Below, one piece after another: positions 24,792 to 38,039 of a stretch of DNA of 64,000 bases; the stretch's first letter is position 1, and each line of letters begins with the position of its first letter. The notes beneath the pieces were generated by a model, which was given only the letters and a program-made list of their open reading frames with translations, ran no database searches and was not told the origin of the DNA. Made by a program: the position numbers and the translations under genes. The DNA is from Chiloscyllium plagiosum (lineage: Eukaryota): NCBI RefSeq assembly GCF_004010195.1, contig NC_057758.1:399598-463597 (forward strand), given 5' to 3'.

Positions 24792-25499
24792 CTTAATAAA
24801 ATCTTCAAAAAAGGAGTTGGTAGTAAAAGTGATACATTTTTCCACAACTAACTTTCCCCAGGTCAAACAGTTAGAAACCAGTGTAGAAAAACAAATGGTC
24901 TCTCACAGGTTCATGTTTAGACATCACACAACACTTCGGTCTCATCACGTGTTAGTGACAGAGGCACAGTGAGGATACACCTTCATTCCTTTGTTGTCCA
25001 CATCATGATCCGTCTGCTCTCCCATAATTCAGTGCAACAAAGGAAAAACAGTCAATTAGCTTCCTGCAGCAGTGAGTTTCAACACACTGTCAATCGGTAC
25101 TGATAACTTTGAACAGGTTAGACATTATAGTGAAAGTTGTCTTCAGAGATCCTTGCATATTTGGTTTCATTTATGATGGTTCAGTGAAGATATCCAAATG
25201 ATGCCGTCAATTTCCCTTCAGCTCAAGAACAATTTTTTTTTACACCGAAGGAAAACGGCAGGATATAAATGAGGGTGGAGATATACGCAGAGTTCAATCT
25301 CAGAAATACTTCCACAAATTTTGACAAACAGAGGTTAATGCATTCTGCAGTGATCTCCTTCACAGTCCCAAAATCCCTTTAAAGTTCTAATTCCGTCTTC
25401 GTCTTCAATTTTATCCTCAACAGTCTTCTTCCCTTATATTCCATAAATGCTGTATCAATTAAAAAAATACAGACAGAACTGCATTCTAGTTCTGAGTCT

Positions 25500-25830
25500 C
25501 TGAACACTTAGAATCCCTGCAGTGCAGATACATGCCATTCGGCCAATCAAGTCTGCACTGACCCTGGGAGGATAAGCCGACCCATACCCATTCCCTTTTC
25601 CTCTTCCCATAACCTCGCATTAGCCATTGTTAATCGACTAACAAGCTAATCGCTGGACAGTAAGGACAATTTACCATGACCAATCCATCAAAACTTCACA
25701 CCTTTTGCTCTGTGGGACGAAAGCTGATCACACAGCAGGAAGTCACACAGAAAAAGGAAGAATGTGCAAAAACCACGCAATCGAAGCTGGGTCTGTGGCT
25801 TTGTGAAGCGGTGGTGCTATCCATTGCATC
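25500..25830 (-). mobile_element. Degraded HE1-type SINE
   Basis: Weak reverse-complement similarity to the other SINE copies. Confidence 0.6.
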
Positions 25831-26126
25831 ATAACGCTTTCGTTGCCATTCAGCATGTCAGTGATTGAATTTTACAGTGTATGAGGCTGTTAAAGCTATC
25901 ACATCTGGAGTCATTCTACAATGAACTTCCCAGCTTATCACATTGTCCAGCCACATATCTGTCCATCTCACAATTCATTCTTTTCAAATAGTTACACAAC
26001 TGTCTTTTGAGATATCCTATGGAATTCTTCCCAATCACCCTACCAGGCAGTACATTCAAAATCCTAAAAGAATTCTCTGCGTAACGTCTTTCTTCGAATC
26101 TAAAACTTTTCCTTCCTGGTCCCATT

Positions 26127-26565
26127 CATGGGCGGCATGGTGAGCAATGCTGTCTCACAGCAGCAGGGAACTGGGTTCGATTCCCACCTCGGGTGACTGT
26201 GTAGAGCTTGCAAATTCTCCCCTTGTTAGTGTGGGTTTCCTCTGTGTAATCCGGTTTCCTCCCATTATCCAAAGATGTGCAGTTTAGGTGAATTGGCCAT
26301 AACAAGTTACCCATAGTGTTCGGGTCATTAGTCAAGAACCATTTTTATTACACTTAAGGAAAGTGGCAGGATGTAAATGAGGATGGAGATAAACGCAGAA
26401 TTGGATCTCAGAAAGACTTTCTCAAATTAAAGAAAAACAGAGGTTAATGCATTCTGCAGTGATCTCCTTCACAGTCGGGGAATGGGTCTGGGTGGGCTAC
26501 TCTATGGAGGGTTGGGGTGGACTTGTTGGGCCGAAGGGCCTGTTTCCATACTTTAGGGTATCCAA
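26127..26565 (+). mobile_element. HE1-type SINE interrupted by a 145-bp captured segment
   Basis: B box GGTTCGATTCC, CCAAAGATGTGCAG body, GGGCCGAAGGGCCTGT tail; insert 26332-26476 resembles 25223-25367. Confidence 0.85.
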
Positions 26566-27689
26566 TTATTCTACTAAATCTCCTTTGAAATCACTCGAGG
26601 ACTTTGACATTCAAACGCTAATAAGGTGCGCAGAACTTTATATTATAATTCAAATATAGTCTGCCAATGATTTGTGGAGACGTAGAGTTATGGATTTATA
26701 CTTTTTGCCCCTCTTTACCAGAATCGCATAAGCCTTCTTAATGAGATACCAACTTGCCTGGCCAGCTTCAGCGAATCATGCACTTGAACCATAAATTTCC
26801 TCTACTCTAATACTTACCTCAAAATTCAGAACACGTGACACATTTCCAGTTCTCATCCCCTTAACCATTTTACACTTCAGATCACCTGACTCTTTTCAGT
26901 TCCGACGAACAGAACCATTTTGCAGTTATCATCCCCTGAGCCTCTTGCCACTTCTGGTCCAAAGCCACTCTCCCCCAGCGCTGCCCCTTTTTCAACCAGT
27001 TTTCTGTTCTGACACATTTCCATACCTTATTACTGAAGCCTATTTCTGTTGTGAGCCCTTGAGCACGTTTCCCACTTTTGAATCATAGAATCACAGAATT
27101 TCCCATTACAGAATAACATTATTCCATTCATCGTGAATGTACCGGGTCCAAAAGAGCTGCCCAGCTGGTCACATTATCCAACCCTCTACTCAAAGCCCTG
27201 TGAATCCAACACTTTTAATTATATATCCAGTTCTCGTTTGAGACCTCATTTACATTCCACGCTATAATTGTCCCAGAAAGTGCATTCCAAATCTGAGTGA
27301 AGCAGATTCCCCTCAATTCAATCCTAGCTCTCTTACGAACAATCTTGAAATTGTGACCTCCAGTTACTGTGATACAGGGGAAAAAATAACAGAGCTTCCA
27401 TTGGCATCCCAAAGAGTTTCGTAATTAAAGTCTTTGTGCCATCATGAAGGCACCTTAGGAGAATGGCCAGACAAGTAAGTACATAGTTGGGAACTGAATG
27501 ATTTATTTTCATGGTAGGAATGATTTGCCTTGCGACGTTCCATCTCCTTCACGTGTCTTTGATGAATATGTTCGCGAGTTGTAGTGTTGCGACTTGGTGT
27601 GATCTAGAATCTACTCGTGTCGATAGACACTGAACACTGAGCTCGAAATGACCTGGTACAGAGGAACTTAAATATTTGAGGCAAGAATG

Positions 27690-29548
27690 GACATGAGCAA
27701 AATGAGCAAATGTGTAAACAACGAGAAGGTGAGACAGTGTCCCAGTTCCCTACTCTCCCCATTGAAGCCCAGAACGCCCATAGTGGTCTGAGACCACTCG
27801 ATGACATAACGGCGGCAGAAATAACGCCATATGAAGAACATCTGACGAAAAGCTTCATCAGTGGAATGAAGGACGAAATAGAGAAGAAGGTAAAGGACAC
27901 ATGTATTGCCTGGGACGGTAAAGCTGAATTTGATAGAACAACATGCGATAGATGATGAGAAGTTGCTTCCCAAGAGAAGGATAAACGGAAACTAAAGATG
28001 GAACAGCAAGCACATAAGCGCAGCTTACTCTGATGCAGATGGTCGCCCAGCCATAGGAGAGAGGTGCTGCTGAAAAAGAGAGAGGAAGATGCACTGGCAG
28101 TGGTAGATCTGGGGGTGGCTTTGTTTGTGGAGCATTAGATCACTGGGCAGGACAGTGCCCACACAGACAGCCTCAATTGGCCCAGACGGTTGGACAGCAG
28201 GGTGACGAACAGGGGAAGGCTGACGTGGAGGTGGGCAGCCCACGAGGTACAGGTAAGCCTCTTTCCTTTATGCTTGGCAACGAAGACTTGCTTGTGTTAA
28301 TCTCTTCTACTAACCTTACGGGCACTGAAACATGTCCCACCTCCAAACTGAGCGCTGAGATTGCAGAGCATGGACCATATGTTCAGGACAATGATGATGC
28401 GTATAAGTCAATGCCTACCTCTATATTATATGTGCAATGTACCCCAGTAACCTTTTTTGGCAGATGCAGGGGCATCCCTGAAAGGCTTATTAGTGACAAT
28501 GGGACATCATTTGTCAATAATGCCCTACAGCAGATCAGTGATTATTTGGGAATAAACATGAGGCAACACTGTGTCTACCACCCACCGAGAGTTGGGGCAG
28601 GAGAAAGAGGATATGCTACCTTAAAAAATAAATTGACAAAATGTTGTGAGGAACTAGGGGTGACATGGACAAATGCACTTCTAATTGTGCTAATGTATAT
28701 GAGATCTAGAAGGAGAGGAAGAGCTAATCTCAGCTTGCTTAAGATTTTGTTCAGTAGGCCGCCCAACACAGGAATTGGCCCGAATCCTAAGGTAAGACAG
28801 GTAACAGTCCACTATGAGGATGAGATGTTGTGTTACTGTATGAAACTCTCTACACTTTTGTCTGAAATACAGAATCAAGTGAAAGCAGCACTACCCCAAC
28901 CAGCAGAAGGGAAGCTGCACAATTTAAAACCTCGATAGTGTATAGTGGTGAAAGATTTCAGGAGACAAAAATGGAAAGCGAAGAGTTGGCTGCTACTGTT
29001 TTAAATGCTCCTTACAACACAGCCAGCTGTTGAGATCACTGATTTTTAGTTATCTGGCTCTGTATTTTTTTTAAAATCTGGCTTTTTTTGTGTTGTCCAT
29101 GTTGTCATAAAATGACAAAACGGGGAAATGCAATGGGAAATTAACAAAATTAACATTTACTTTGAAATCTGTTAAATAATACCTTCCTAAGTCAATTAAA
29201 TGCAGAGAATCTGACTTCGCTGAATTCTGTGAACTGATAGCCTGTCCTTACAAGTTTTGCAAACAATCTAATTCGGCAGAGTCAGGGGAAAACACAAGGG
29301 CAGTAGCTGTATTTTCCAACAGTGAAGGAATGGGAAAACAACTCCTTCTGAGGAAAAGGGCTCGAACTGTTCCCAAGCTGATTGTCATTGAGGTGAGATA
29401 AGGCTGAGCGAAGTATGGTATAAAGGAAACATATGAATGATACTCGGGGCCCTTGTCAAATGCATGCAATGCAGAGGTTAAAATCATTAAAATCTCTTTT
29501 GGTTGCTCTTGCTAATAGCTGAGTCGAGTCAATTTAATTTCCACGACA
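27690..29548 (+). mobile_element. Deleted endogenous retrovirus (class I/epsilon-like): gag remnants, integrase, PPT, 3' LTR
   Basis: MHR-like CKQREGETVSQF; zinc knuckle (G)FVCGALDHWAGQC at 28117-28158; integrase GIPERLISDNGTSFVN..HCVYHP..GAGER..TLKNKL; PPT AAAACGGGGAAA at 29117-28; LTR 29129-29548 (TGCAATGGGAAATT...AATTTCCACGACA) with TATAAA and ATTAAA. Confidence 0.8.
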
Positions 29549-29879
29549 CATCTATTCAATAATGTCTATTAAATTTGAAATCGCATCCAAATCAGACTTT
29601 GTAACAGCATCAACCAAATCGGATTCTGTAACTGACTTTATGATATTTCACACATGATCGTTAGTAACCATCTGATGTTGGCACCATTCTTAATGCTAAG
29701 TTCCAGCCACTGCAATTCACATCGATTCGCTATCTTGCAGCATGCGTTCATTCTCCTTTTGATACACTACAAACTTTAAAGGATTAAGCCACTAAAGACG
29801 TTGCTTAATAGGATCAGCATTTCTTTTCTCGAAATCGTGGAATATTAGTTTATTACATCGCAGCTTATGTGCACATACA

Positions 29880-32800
29880 CCTCCCACCCCCTTCCTGCAA
29901 TACCAACATCTCTTTCAGTTCATTTTGAGTTTCCTCTGAAAATTAACTCAACACTATATCCCAGTTTATGACAACGTCTTCATTGTCCAATTTAATTTGA
30001 GCAATGCCCATATGTAAATTCTGTGAGCCTGGTTTTTCCCTTAGTGTTGTAACAAGGACTTTTGCTTTCCTTCCCTGTCAAAATACTATCTGAGCATATT
30101 CGCATGACACACGATGCACGATTTCCATCTGTCTGAAGTCCTTAACAAACACTTCAACTCATTAATCTCCTTTCCACTTAAAAACGTCCACTACACCTTC
30201 TTTATAAAGATTCACATACAAACTTGAAGCAACACTAACAATTTCTTGGAGCATCAGTGCTGGCAAAAGTTACAAACGGAATTATTTCATTCCAATCATC
30301 TGAATCGTATTGACTGTAAGCCCTTGACCTGGTATCTAATGTTTAATGCAAATTGTCCACTGCTTCCAGCGGTTCTGGATGGTATGCAGTAGATTGGAAT
30401 TATTTTATTCCTCAGCTGTCCATAACTTACTTCAAAAACTGTAACGTGAAATTTACCCGTAGATCTTATTCCATCTCCGTGGATACTCCATAACTGGTAA
30501 AACTTCTGAATATCGCCTCTACAATCCATTGGCCTGTGATATTGCGTAATGAAATGGCCTCTGGAAATCCAGTGGATGCATCCATTTGTATTAACAACTG
30601 CTGATTCCCACTCTTTATTTAATGTAGGAATATTGCACAATCAATTAAGACTCTCGAAAAATATTGCCCAAATGCAGGAATAAGTATGAAAGGTGTGGCT
30701 TTCATTTTTGTCCTTGTGTTTCCAATGCCTGATATCTATGACATGTCTGGCAAAATTCAGTTACATCCTTGTGCAATCCAGGCATGTAAAATGATTTCAT
30801 TTTTTAGCTTGACTTTTTTTTAACGCCTAAGTGATCTCCAGTGTTAGTTCATGTGCAATCCCCAAGCTCTCCTTTCTATCACTCACTGGCAATACATCAT
30901 GATCAACTTCTGAACTTACCCTCGACGTAATTAGACGATGGCTTAATATGCCACATCGATGTTTAGAGTAGTAGCACTCAGAGATACATTCAGGGTTTCA
31001 TTTTTCTGTGTAGAACGTTTGATGCAATTCTTACATATGTTCACCTTTCTGTTGTAAGTCTGTTAACTTGTCTGAACTAAAGATATCTACGTTGTCAATC
31101 TCCTGTTTAGTCTCAACCACCTGGTCAAGCAGGACCTCTAATAATTTCACATCAAATTTCCCATCTGTACTCTTTGTTCTTTCGTGTTTCAACTGTTGAC
31201 TTTGTGACCTTGTTACATAGTCAGGAAAAATTCCAGTAAATGATCCCTTTATTGCCCCACTTGCATGATTTTCAATAGGCTTTTCAACTGCAGGAGGCAG
31301 TAATCTTACCTGTGAATTAGTTATATAGTTGGCAAAGGTAAATTGTGTTCCTAAGTTGAGAGTTTGTGCAGTACTCCTGGCATCACTTCTCCACTCTTCA
31401 CTGGATAAACTAACATCACTGCAAATAATTGAGCACTTCTTATCTCAACGTGAGTTCCAGTTATTAATAATTTTTATGTCAATACCCTTCAGAAGTGCAT
31501 ATCTCCTCATTGAACATAGAACATTTCAGCGCAGTACAGGCCCTTCAGCATTCAATGTTGTGCTAACATGTGAAACCAGTCTGAAGCCCATCTAACATAC
31601 ACCATTCCATTTTCATCCATATGCATTCCAGCAAGCATTTAAATGTCCATAAAGTTGGCGAGTCTACGACTATTGTAGGTTAGCCATTCCACACTCCCAC
31701 AACACTCTGACTAAATAAAACTTGCTGTGACATTTGTCCCATATTTATCACAACTCCAGCTATGCTCCCTCGTGCAAGCCATTGCCATCCGTGCAAAAAT
31801 GTGCTCTCACTGTCTACTCTATATCACCCTCTGATTTTCACATATGTCTCAAGTAAATGACCTTTCAACCTTCTCTCCAACGAACACAGCCTCAGACCTT
31901 CAGCCTTTCCTCTAAGACCTTCCCTCTGTACCAGGTGGAAACCTAGAAAAACTCCTCTGTACTCTTTCTGCAGCATTCACGTCCATCCTATAATGTCGTG
32001 ACCAGAACTGTACGCAATTCTTCAACATCCAAGTCTGAGGGGAACACGTATCGATTAATATTGTACCCTCTTTCACTGCTGCTCCTGGCCCTATGCGAGT
32101 AAACTGTTCCATTGCAAATGTATGGTTTAAGAAGAACTGGCACTTCCTCTTTTACCAACCTCTGGTAATTTCGTACATTCTGGTGCAGCTTTAGGCCTCG
32201 ACTGTGCTTTCCAATTCTATTACAAAAAAAATCACTGGCGTCTGTTTTTTTTTTCTCTATCCATTTTCCAGTGCTTTTTTCTAAGCCACAACAATGTGAT
32301 TTCACGTGGCCTATTTTATTGTATTTCAAATTTCGGAGCTTTTTAAAATGTCTGTTTCCCTTTCCAGTGTTCCTTTTTCACTGTGGGGTAAGTAATGATA
32401 TTTTCTTCACCAAGATCTCCTTTTCCCGTACCACATAAGGAAACTAAAGTTTGATTTAAAGAGCAACTCATACTCATCATTTATTCTAGCTGTTAATCTT
32501 ACTGTTTTGAATCTATGTTCTTCCACATACGTTTTCAATACATCCAGAAGTGAATTTTCGAACTCCTCCAAAATTATCATCTCTCTAAGAGAGTCACATA
32601 TTTGCTCTATTTATCCATTTATCAATTCTATCAATTTTGTTCGTTCCGTGAAAACTCAATGTCGGTTTGACCAGGGTCCCTCCTTAGATTTCTGAAACGT
32701 CTGAAATCATTTGCATTGAATATGGCTTTCTTCATACTCTCATAAGCCAGAAATACTTCCTCTAATATTGATGCAAATACCTCACTAGCACTGCTTACAA

Positions 32801-33080
32801 CTTTTGTTGTGATCAACAAAATCTGCATTGTCACTGGCCACTTCATTTGTTTAGCCACCATTTCAAAGGAGATGCAAAATTTAGGGAATGCTTGAACATA
32901 TTTTAACTGATCCCCACAAACACTTTGTCTGCGATGGCTTTGCTCATTCTCACTCTCTTCACCACTAAGTTAAGCTTACCTTCTGCCTTCATCTCAATTA
33001 CTTGTGCTGAATTTTCTGACCAAGAGCCAATTTGTGAATTTCACTATATCATTCTTCCTTCCTTCTCCTCTTTCGTTAAG
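29880..33080 (-). mobile_element. Gmr1-like Gypsy fragment (gag-PR-integrase), with a CR1 3' fragment nested at about 31510-32040
   Basis: gag-like VAKQMKWP..YESMKKAIFNA..FRRFRN (32631-32861); integrase GDHLGVKK..PGLHKDVTEFCQTC..FSRVLIDC..MDASTGFPEAISLRNIT (about 30540-30840) with no RT between gag and integrase. Confidence 0.78.
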
Positions 33081-33099
33081 ACAGAAGAAAAAAAACTCA

Positions 33100-34737
33100 T
33101 TTAGTGCTTCCCCTACCTCCTCAGACTCCACACACAAATTCCCTATGCGATCGGCCCTACTCTTTCTTTGACCATTCTCTTATTCCTCACATAAGTGTAA
33201 AATGCCTTTGTGTTCTCCCTAATCCGTTCTGCCAAGCCTTTCTCGTGCCCCCTCTTGGCTCTCCTCAGACCATTTTTAAGCTCCTTCCTTGCCTGCCTGT
33301 AATCCTTTAGAGCTGAGCCTGACCCTAGCTCTCTCCACCTTATGTAAGCTACCTTTTTCCTTTTGACGAGAAGCTCCACCGCTCTCATCATCNNNNNNNN
33401 NNNNNNNNNNNNNNNNNNNNNNNNNNNNNNNNNNNNNNNNNNNNNNNNNNNNNNNNNNNNNNNNNNNNNNNNNNNNNNNNNNNNNNNNNNNNNNNNNNNN
33501 NNNNNNNNNNNNNNNNNNNNNNNNNNNNNNNNNNNNNNNNNNNNNNNNNNNNNNNNNNNNNNNNNNNNNNNNNNNNNNNNNNNNNNNNNNNNNNNNNNNN
33601 NNNNNNNNNNNNNNNNNNNNNNNNNNNNNNNNNNNNNNNNNNNNNNNNNNNNNNNNNNNNNNNNNNNNNNNNNNNNNNNNNNNNNNNNNNNNNNNNNNNN
33701 NNNNNNNNNNNNNNNNNNNNNNNNNNNNNNNNNNNNNNNNNNNNNNNNNNNNNNNNNNNNNNNNNNNNNNNNNNNNNNNNNNNNNNNNNNNNNNNNNNNN
33801 NNNNNNNNNNNNNNNNNNNNNNNNNNNNNNNNNNNNNNNNNNNNNNNNNNNNNNNNNNNNNNNNNNNNNNNNNNNNNNNNNNNNNNNNNNNNNNNNNNNN
33901 NNNNNNNNNNNNNNNNNNNNNNNNNNNNNNNNNNNNNNNNNNNNNNNNNNNNNNNNNNNNNNNNNNNNNNNNNNNNNNNNNNNNNNNNNNNNNCCAGGAA
34001 AATCCTTCCCACTAGTTGGTCTACCTCTTGCTATTGCCTCGTCTGGATCAACTCTCACCTCCGGTATACAGCTCAGGTTCCCACCCCCCTGCCATACTAG
34101 TTTAAACCTTCTCGAACTACTCGAGCAAACCTTCCACCCAGGACATTGGTCCCCTTCCAGTTCAGATGCAACCCGTCCTTCTTGAACAGGCCCCACCTTC
34201 CCCAGAAGGCATCCCAATTATCGACATATCTGAAGCCCTCCCTCCTACACCAGCTGCGCAGCCACGTATTAAGCTGCGCCCTCTCCCTGTTACTCGCCTT
34301 GCTATCTCGTGGCACCGGTAGTAAACTAGAGAACACTATTCTGTTCGTCCTGCTTTGCAGCTTCCATCCTAACTCCCTGAAATCACTTTTTATATCCTCG
34401 ATCCTTTTCCTGGCTATATCATCAGTGCCAATATGTACACTCCTTCTGTGAAAGGGAAAATATCGCTGTCCGCTACCGGTAAGTAATTTTTTTTAAAACT
34501 GCCTTACCTTAGCTGCAGTCTTCCGGGTTCGTCTTATCTCCGTTGCTGCTCGCACTCAAAATGGCCGTTGGCGTCGAAGGGTGAGTATTTATACTCACTG
34601 CTTTCCTTTCCGGCTGCCCCTCTGGTCCTCGTCACATCCCCCGCTGCTCCCGCTCCTTCTGTGAAAGGGAAAACACCGCTGTCCGCTACCGGTAAGTATT
34701 TTTTTAAAAAACTGCCTTACCTTAGCTGCAGTCTTCC
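33100..34737 (-). mobile_element. Young CR1 5' portion spanning the gap: 5' UTR repeats, ORF1 esterase, part of ORF2
   Basis: SGNH-esterase-like SLLPVPR..LNTWLRSWCRREGFRYVDNW..KKDGLHLN; ORF2 ENTKAFYTYVRNKR; 213-bp period repeat at 34440-34737. Confidence 0.85.
33393..33993. other. Assembly gap (601 N)
   Basis: Run of N. Confidence 1.
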
Positions 34738-35805
34738 TCAACTTCTTGAATGCGGGAATATCATTTGCTATCTTCCAGTCTTCTGGCAATATTCTTGTAG
34801 ACAATGATGATATCAAGATCAAAGGCAAAGGCCCTGCAATATGCGCTGTGGCTTCCCAGAGAATCCTAGCATAAATCCCATATGGCCAAGGGGACTTATC
34901 TATTTTCGTATTTTCCATAATTGGTTATACGTCCTCCTTGTGAACCTCTGTCCCATCCAGTCTAGTAGCCTGTACCTCAGTATTGTCCTCGAAAACATTG
35001 ACTTTTTTCAGTGTGAATACTGACGAAAATTGTTCATTTAGCGCTTTCCCTTTGTCCTCCAAATCCACGCACATATTCCCACCAGTATTCTTGATTGGCC
35101 CTAATCTTACTCCCGTCATTCTTTAATTTCTGATGGACCTGTAGAAAGCCTTAGTGTTTTCCTTGATCCTGCCCACCAACGAATTGCCATGCCCTTTCCT
35201 GGCTCTTCTTAGCTCACTCTTTCGGTCTTTCATAGTTAGCCTGTCACGTCTCATCCTAACATACACATTGTTATTCCTCTTCAAAAATGCTTCAACTTCA
35301 TTAAAAAGAAAACACGGTTCGCTTGCTTGGCAACTTCCTACCTGTCTGACAGGTATATGCTTGTCAAGGACAGGCAGTAGGTGTTCCTTGAATAAGCTTC
35401 AATTTCGATTGCGCCCATCTCATGCAGTTTCCTTCCCCATCTTATGCATTCTATACTTTGCCTAATTGCATCATAATTGCTTGTCCTTCAGCCATGACAC
35501 TTACAGTGTGGCATATACCTGTCTCTTTCCATGACTAAAGTAAACAGAACAGAATTGTGGTGACTATCACCAAAATGCTTACCGACCTCCAAGTCTAACA
35601 TTTGGCCAGGTTCATGACTCAGTACCAATCCAATGTAGCCTCGTCCCTTGTTGGCCTGTCCACATACTGTTTTCAGGAAGCCCTCCTGCACATAATTGAC
35701 CTTTACAAATTCCTTGAACTATAGTATTCCTAGTCAATATTTGTAAATCTGAAGACCCCGTAGCAACTACCCTGTCACTCTCGCTCCTATCGAGAATCAT
35801 CTTTG
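34738..35805 (-). mobile_element. CR1 ORF2 fragment (EN and linker)
   Basis: GKHFGDSHHNSV, ALNEQFSSVFT, ILPEDWKIAN. Confidence 0.85.
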
Positions 35806-35867
35806 GGAGTTAACTGTCGAGTTAGAGGCTGATTAGAATCTTTTGTTTCAATGCCTAAAATGTTAGA

Positions 35868-37130
35868 CACAGAACATAGGACATACAGCACTACAACGCA
35901 GTAGAGGCCCTTCGGCCCTCGATGTTATGCCACCCTGTGAAATCAACCTGAAGCCTATTTAACCTACTCTATCTCTCTCTCGTCCATATACCTATCCAAT
36001 GACCACTTAAATGCCCGTATGAATGGCGAGTCAACAAAATTTGTGGGAAATGCTTCACCCACCCCCATTACTCACTGAGTAAAGAAACTACCTCTGATAT
36101 CTATCTTATATGTGTCACTCCTCAATTAGAAATTATGCTCCATCGAAATATCCACCAGCATCCTCGGAAAAAGACTCTCACTGACACCCGACTTAGCCCT
36201 CTGATTACCATATATGTCTCAATTAAACCATTTTTCAATCTTCTTCTCTTTAAAGAAAAGAGTCTCAAGTTCCTCAACATTTCTGCATCAGACCTTCCCT
36301 CGATACCAAGTAAAACTGCTCTGAACCCTTTTCAAAGCTTCCACAACTTTCCTATAATGTAGTGACAAGATCTGCACGCAATACTCCATGTGCAGTTGCA
36401 CCAGGGTTTTGTACAGCTGCAGCAGGACCTCGTGGATCCGAAAGTCGATCCCTCAACTAATAAAAACTAACACATCATATGCCTTTTGTACAGCCCTATA
36501 AACCTGGGTGGCAACTTTGGGTGATCTTTGTGCATGGACACCGAAATCTCTCTGCTCATCTGCGTTACCAAGAATCTTTCCATTTCCCCACTAATCTGCA
36601 TTCATGTTACTCCATCCAAAGTCAATCACGTCACACTTTTCTCCATTAAACACCTTTTGCCACCTCTCAATCCAGATCTGCGAACATCCTTCAGCACTAT
36701 CCACAACTGTACTGATCTTAGGTTCATCCGCAAATTCATTAACTCATCCTTATTCGCCCTCATCCAAGTCGTTTCTAAAAATGACAAACCCAGTGGTCCT
36801 ATCGATACATCACTAATAAGTGAACTCCAGGATGAACATTTCCCATCAATCACCAGCATCTGTCTTCTTTGAGCCAGCCATTTACTGATCCAGATCGCTG
36901 AATCGCCCTCAATTCCACGCCTCCGAATTTTGTGCATTAGCCTACCATGGGGAACCTTATCAATCGCCTTACTGAAATCTATATACAGCACGTCATCGGC
37001 TTTACCCTCATCAATCTGTTTGGTAACTTGCTCAAAGAACCCCATAAGGTTTGTAAGGCACGACCGACTCTTCACAAAACTGTGTTGATATCCTTAACCA
37101 AATTATTCGAATCGAGATGCTTATCAACAG
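35868..37130 (-). mobile_element. 5'-truncated CR1 (RT and tail)
   Basis: KSRSCLTNL..IDFSKAIDKVPHGRL; tail at about 35870. Confidence 0.88.
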
Positions 37131-37714
37131 GGTTATATCTGTACTTATACCCCTCCACAATGGAAATTCAAAATCTGCGAGCCGTGATACAAATTTACTG
37201 AAGAAGTTTGAAATATATCGTGATATTTGCATTAGAGCCAGGGTTCAATCACTCTTTTAAGAAATATGAATGATATTATTCATTTGGGAAAGAAGCTAAT
37301 TGCTTCATTCGTGGTTACTACATTGTGTGAATATCGGCTCTGTTGAATTTATCATGTTAATTCATCACCTGGAATCGCAAACTCGTATGTAATCAGCCAC
37401 CCTATTCAAACCAAGAAGTATCAAACATTTACAGGAATGAAGTGGTTCCTATTCTGTGCTTGCAGGAACAGATAAGGCTGTGGATACAATGGCGAAATTA
37501 CATACTGTTGAAAAAATACTACTTTTGGAATTCCCCATTTATTGTCAACTACACGCATTTTTATTTTTGTGATTTGTTGCAAGTGAGCGGTTTTGCAATA
37601 TTCTTTAATAGAATTACAATGATTTCTCGTTGTGATTGATGTATTAATCCATTTCGTTGATTTTTGTTGTTTTAGTCTCCATAGAAACATATATTACAAT
37701 CCACAGGATAGGCA

Positions 37715-37975
37715 TCTATTTGATTCCTTCACTTCGTTGTAAATCCTGGATCCACATCTAATCCAATTCTGTTGTTTAATGCCTTAATCAGCAGACATAT
37801 CGCCATGACAAAAAAAAACTCGCATGAGACTCTGGGCTTCAAGCAATGGAAACAGCTCCAGGGATTCAGAGGAGAGTCGAAGGAAATCAATCAGCTTATT
37901 TTTAGTTGTCAGGGGAGTATTGTTGTGTTATGATTCATGATAATGATATATTCTGTATAATGTATTATGTATTCC
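37715..37975 (+). pseudogene. GPR139-like pseudogene C fragment (TM5-TM6), paralogue of pseudogene B
   Basis: FLHFVVNPG..ILLFNALISRHIAMT(fs)TRMRLWASSNGNSSRDSEESRRKSISLFLVV aligns with 24366-24610. Confidence 0.85.
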
Positions 37976-38039
37976 CACTGAAAGGAACATGGCATTCGTT
38001 CGCCAATATTGACAGGAAATGCTAGAACTCTAGTACATC

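Noticed and set aside
33143-34217. Long ORFs of 245-313 aa
   Set aside because: Artefacts of translating through the N gap
34097-34336. Host SGNH esterase gene
   Set aside because: It is the esterase domain of CR1 ORF1, lying between the element's 5' UTR and ORF2
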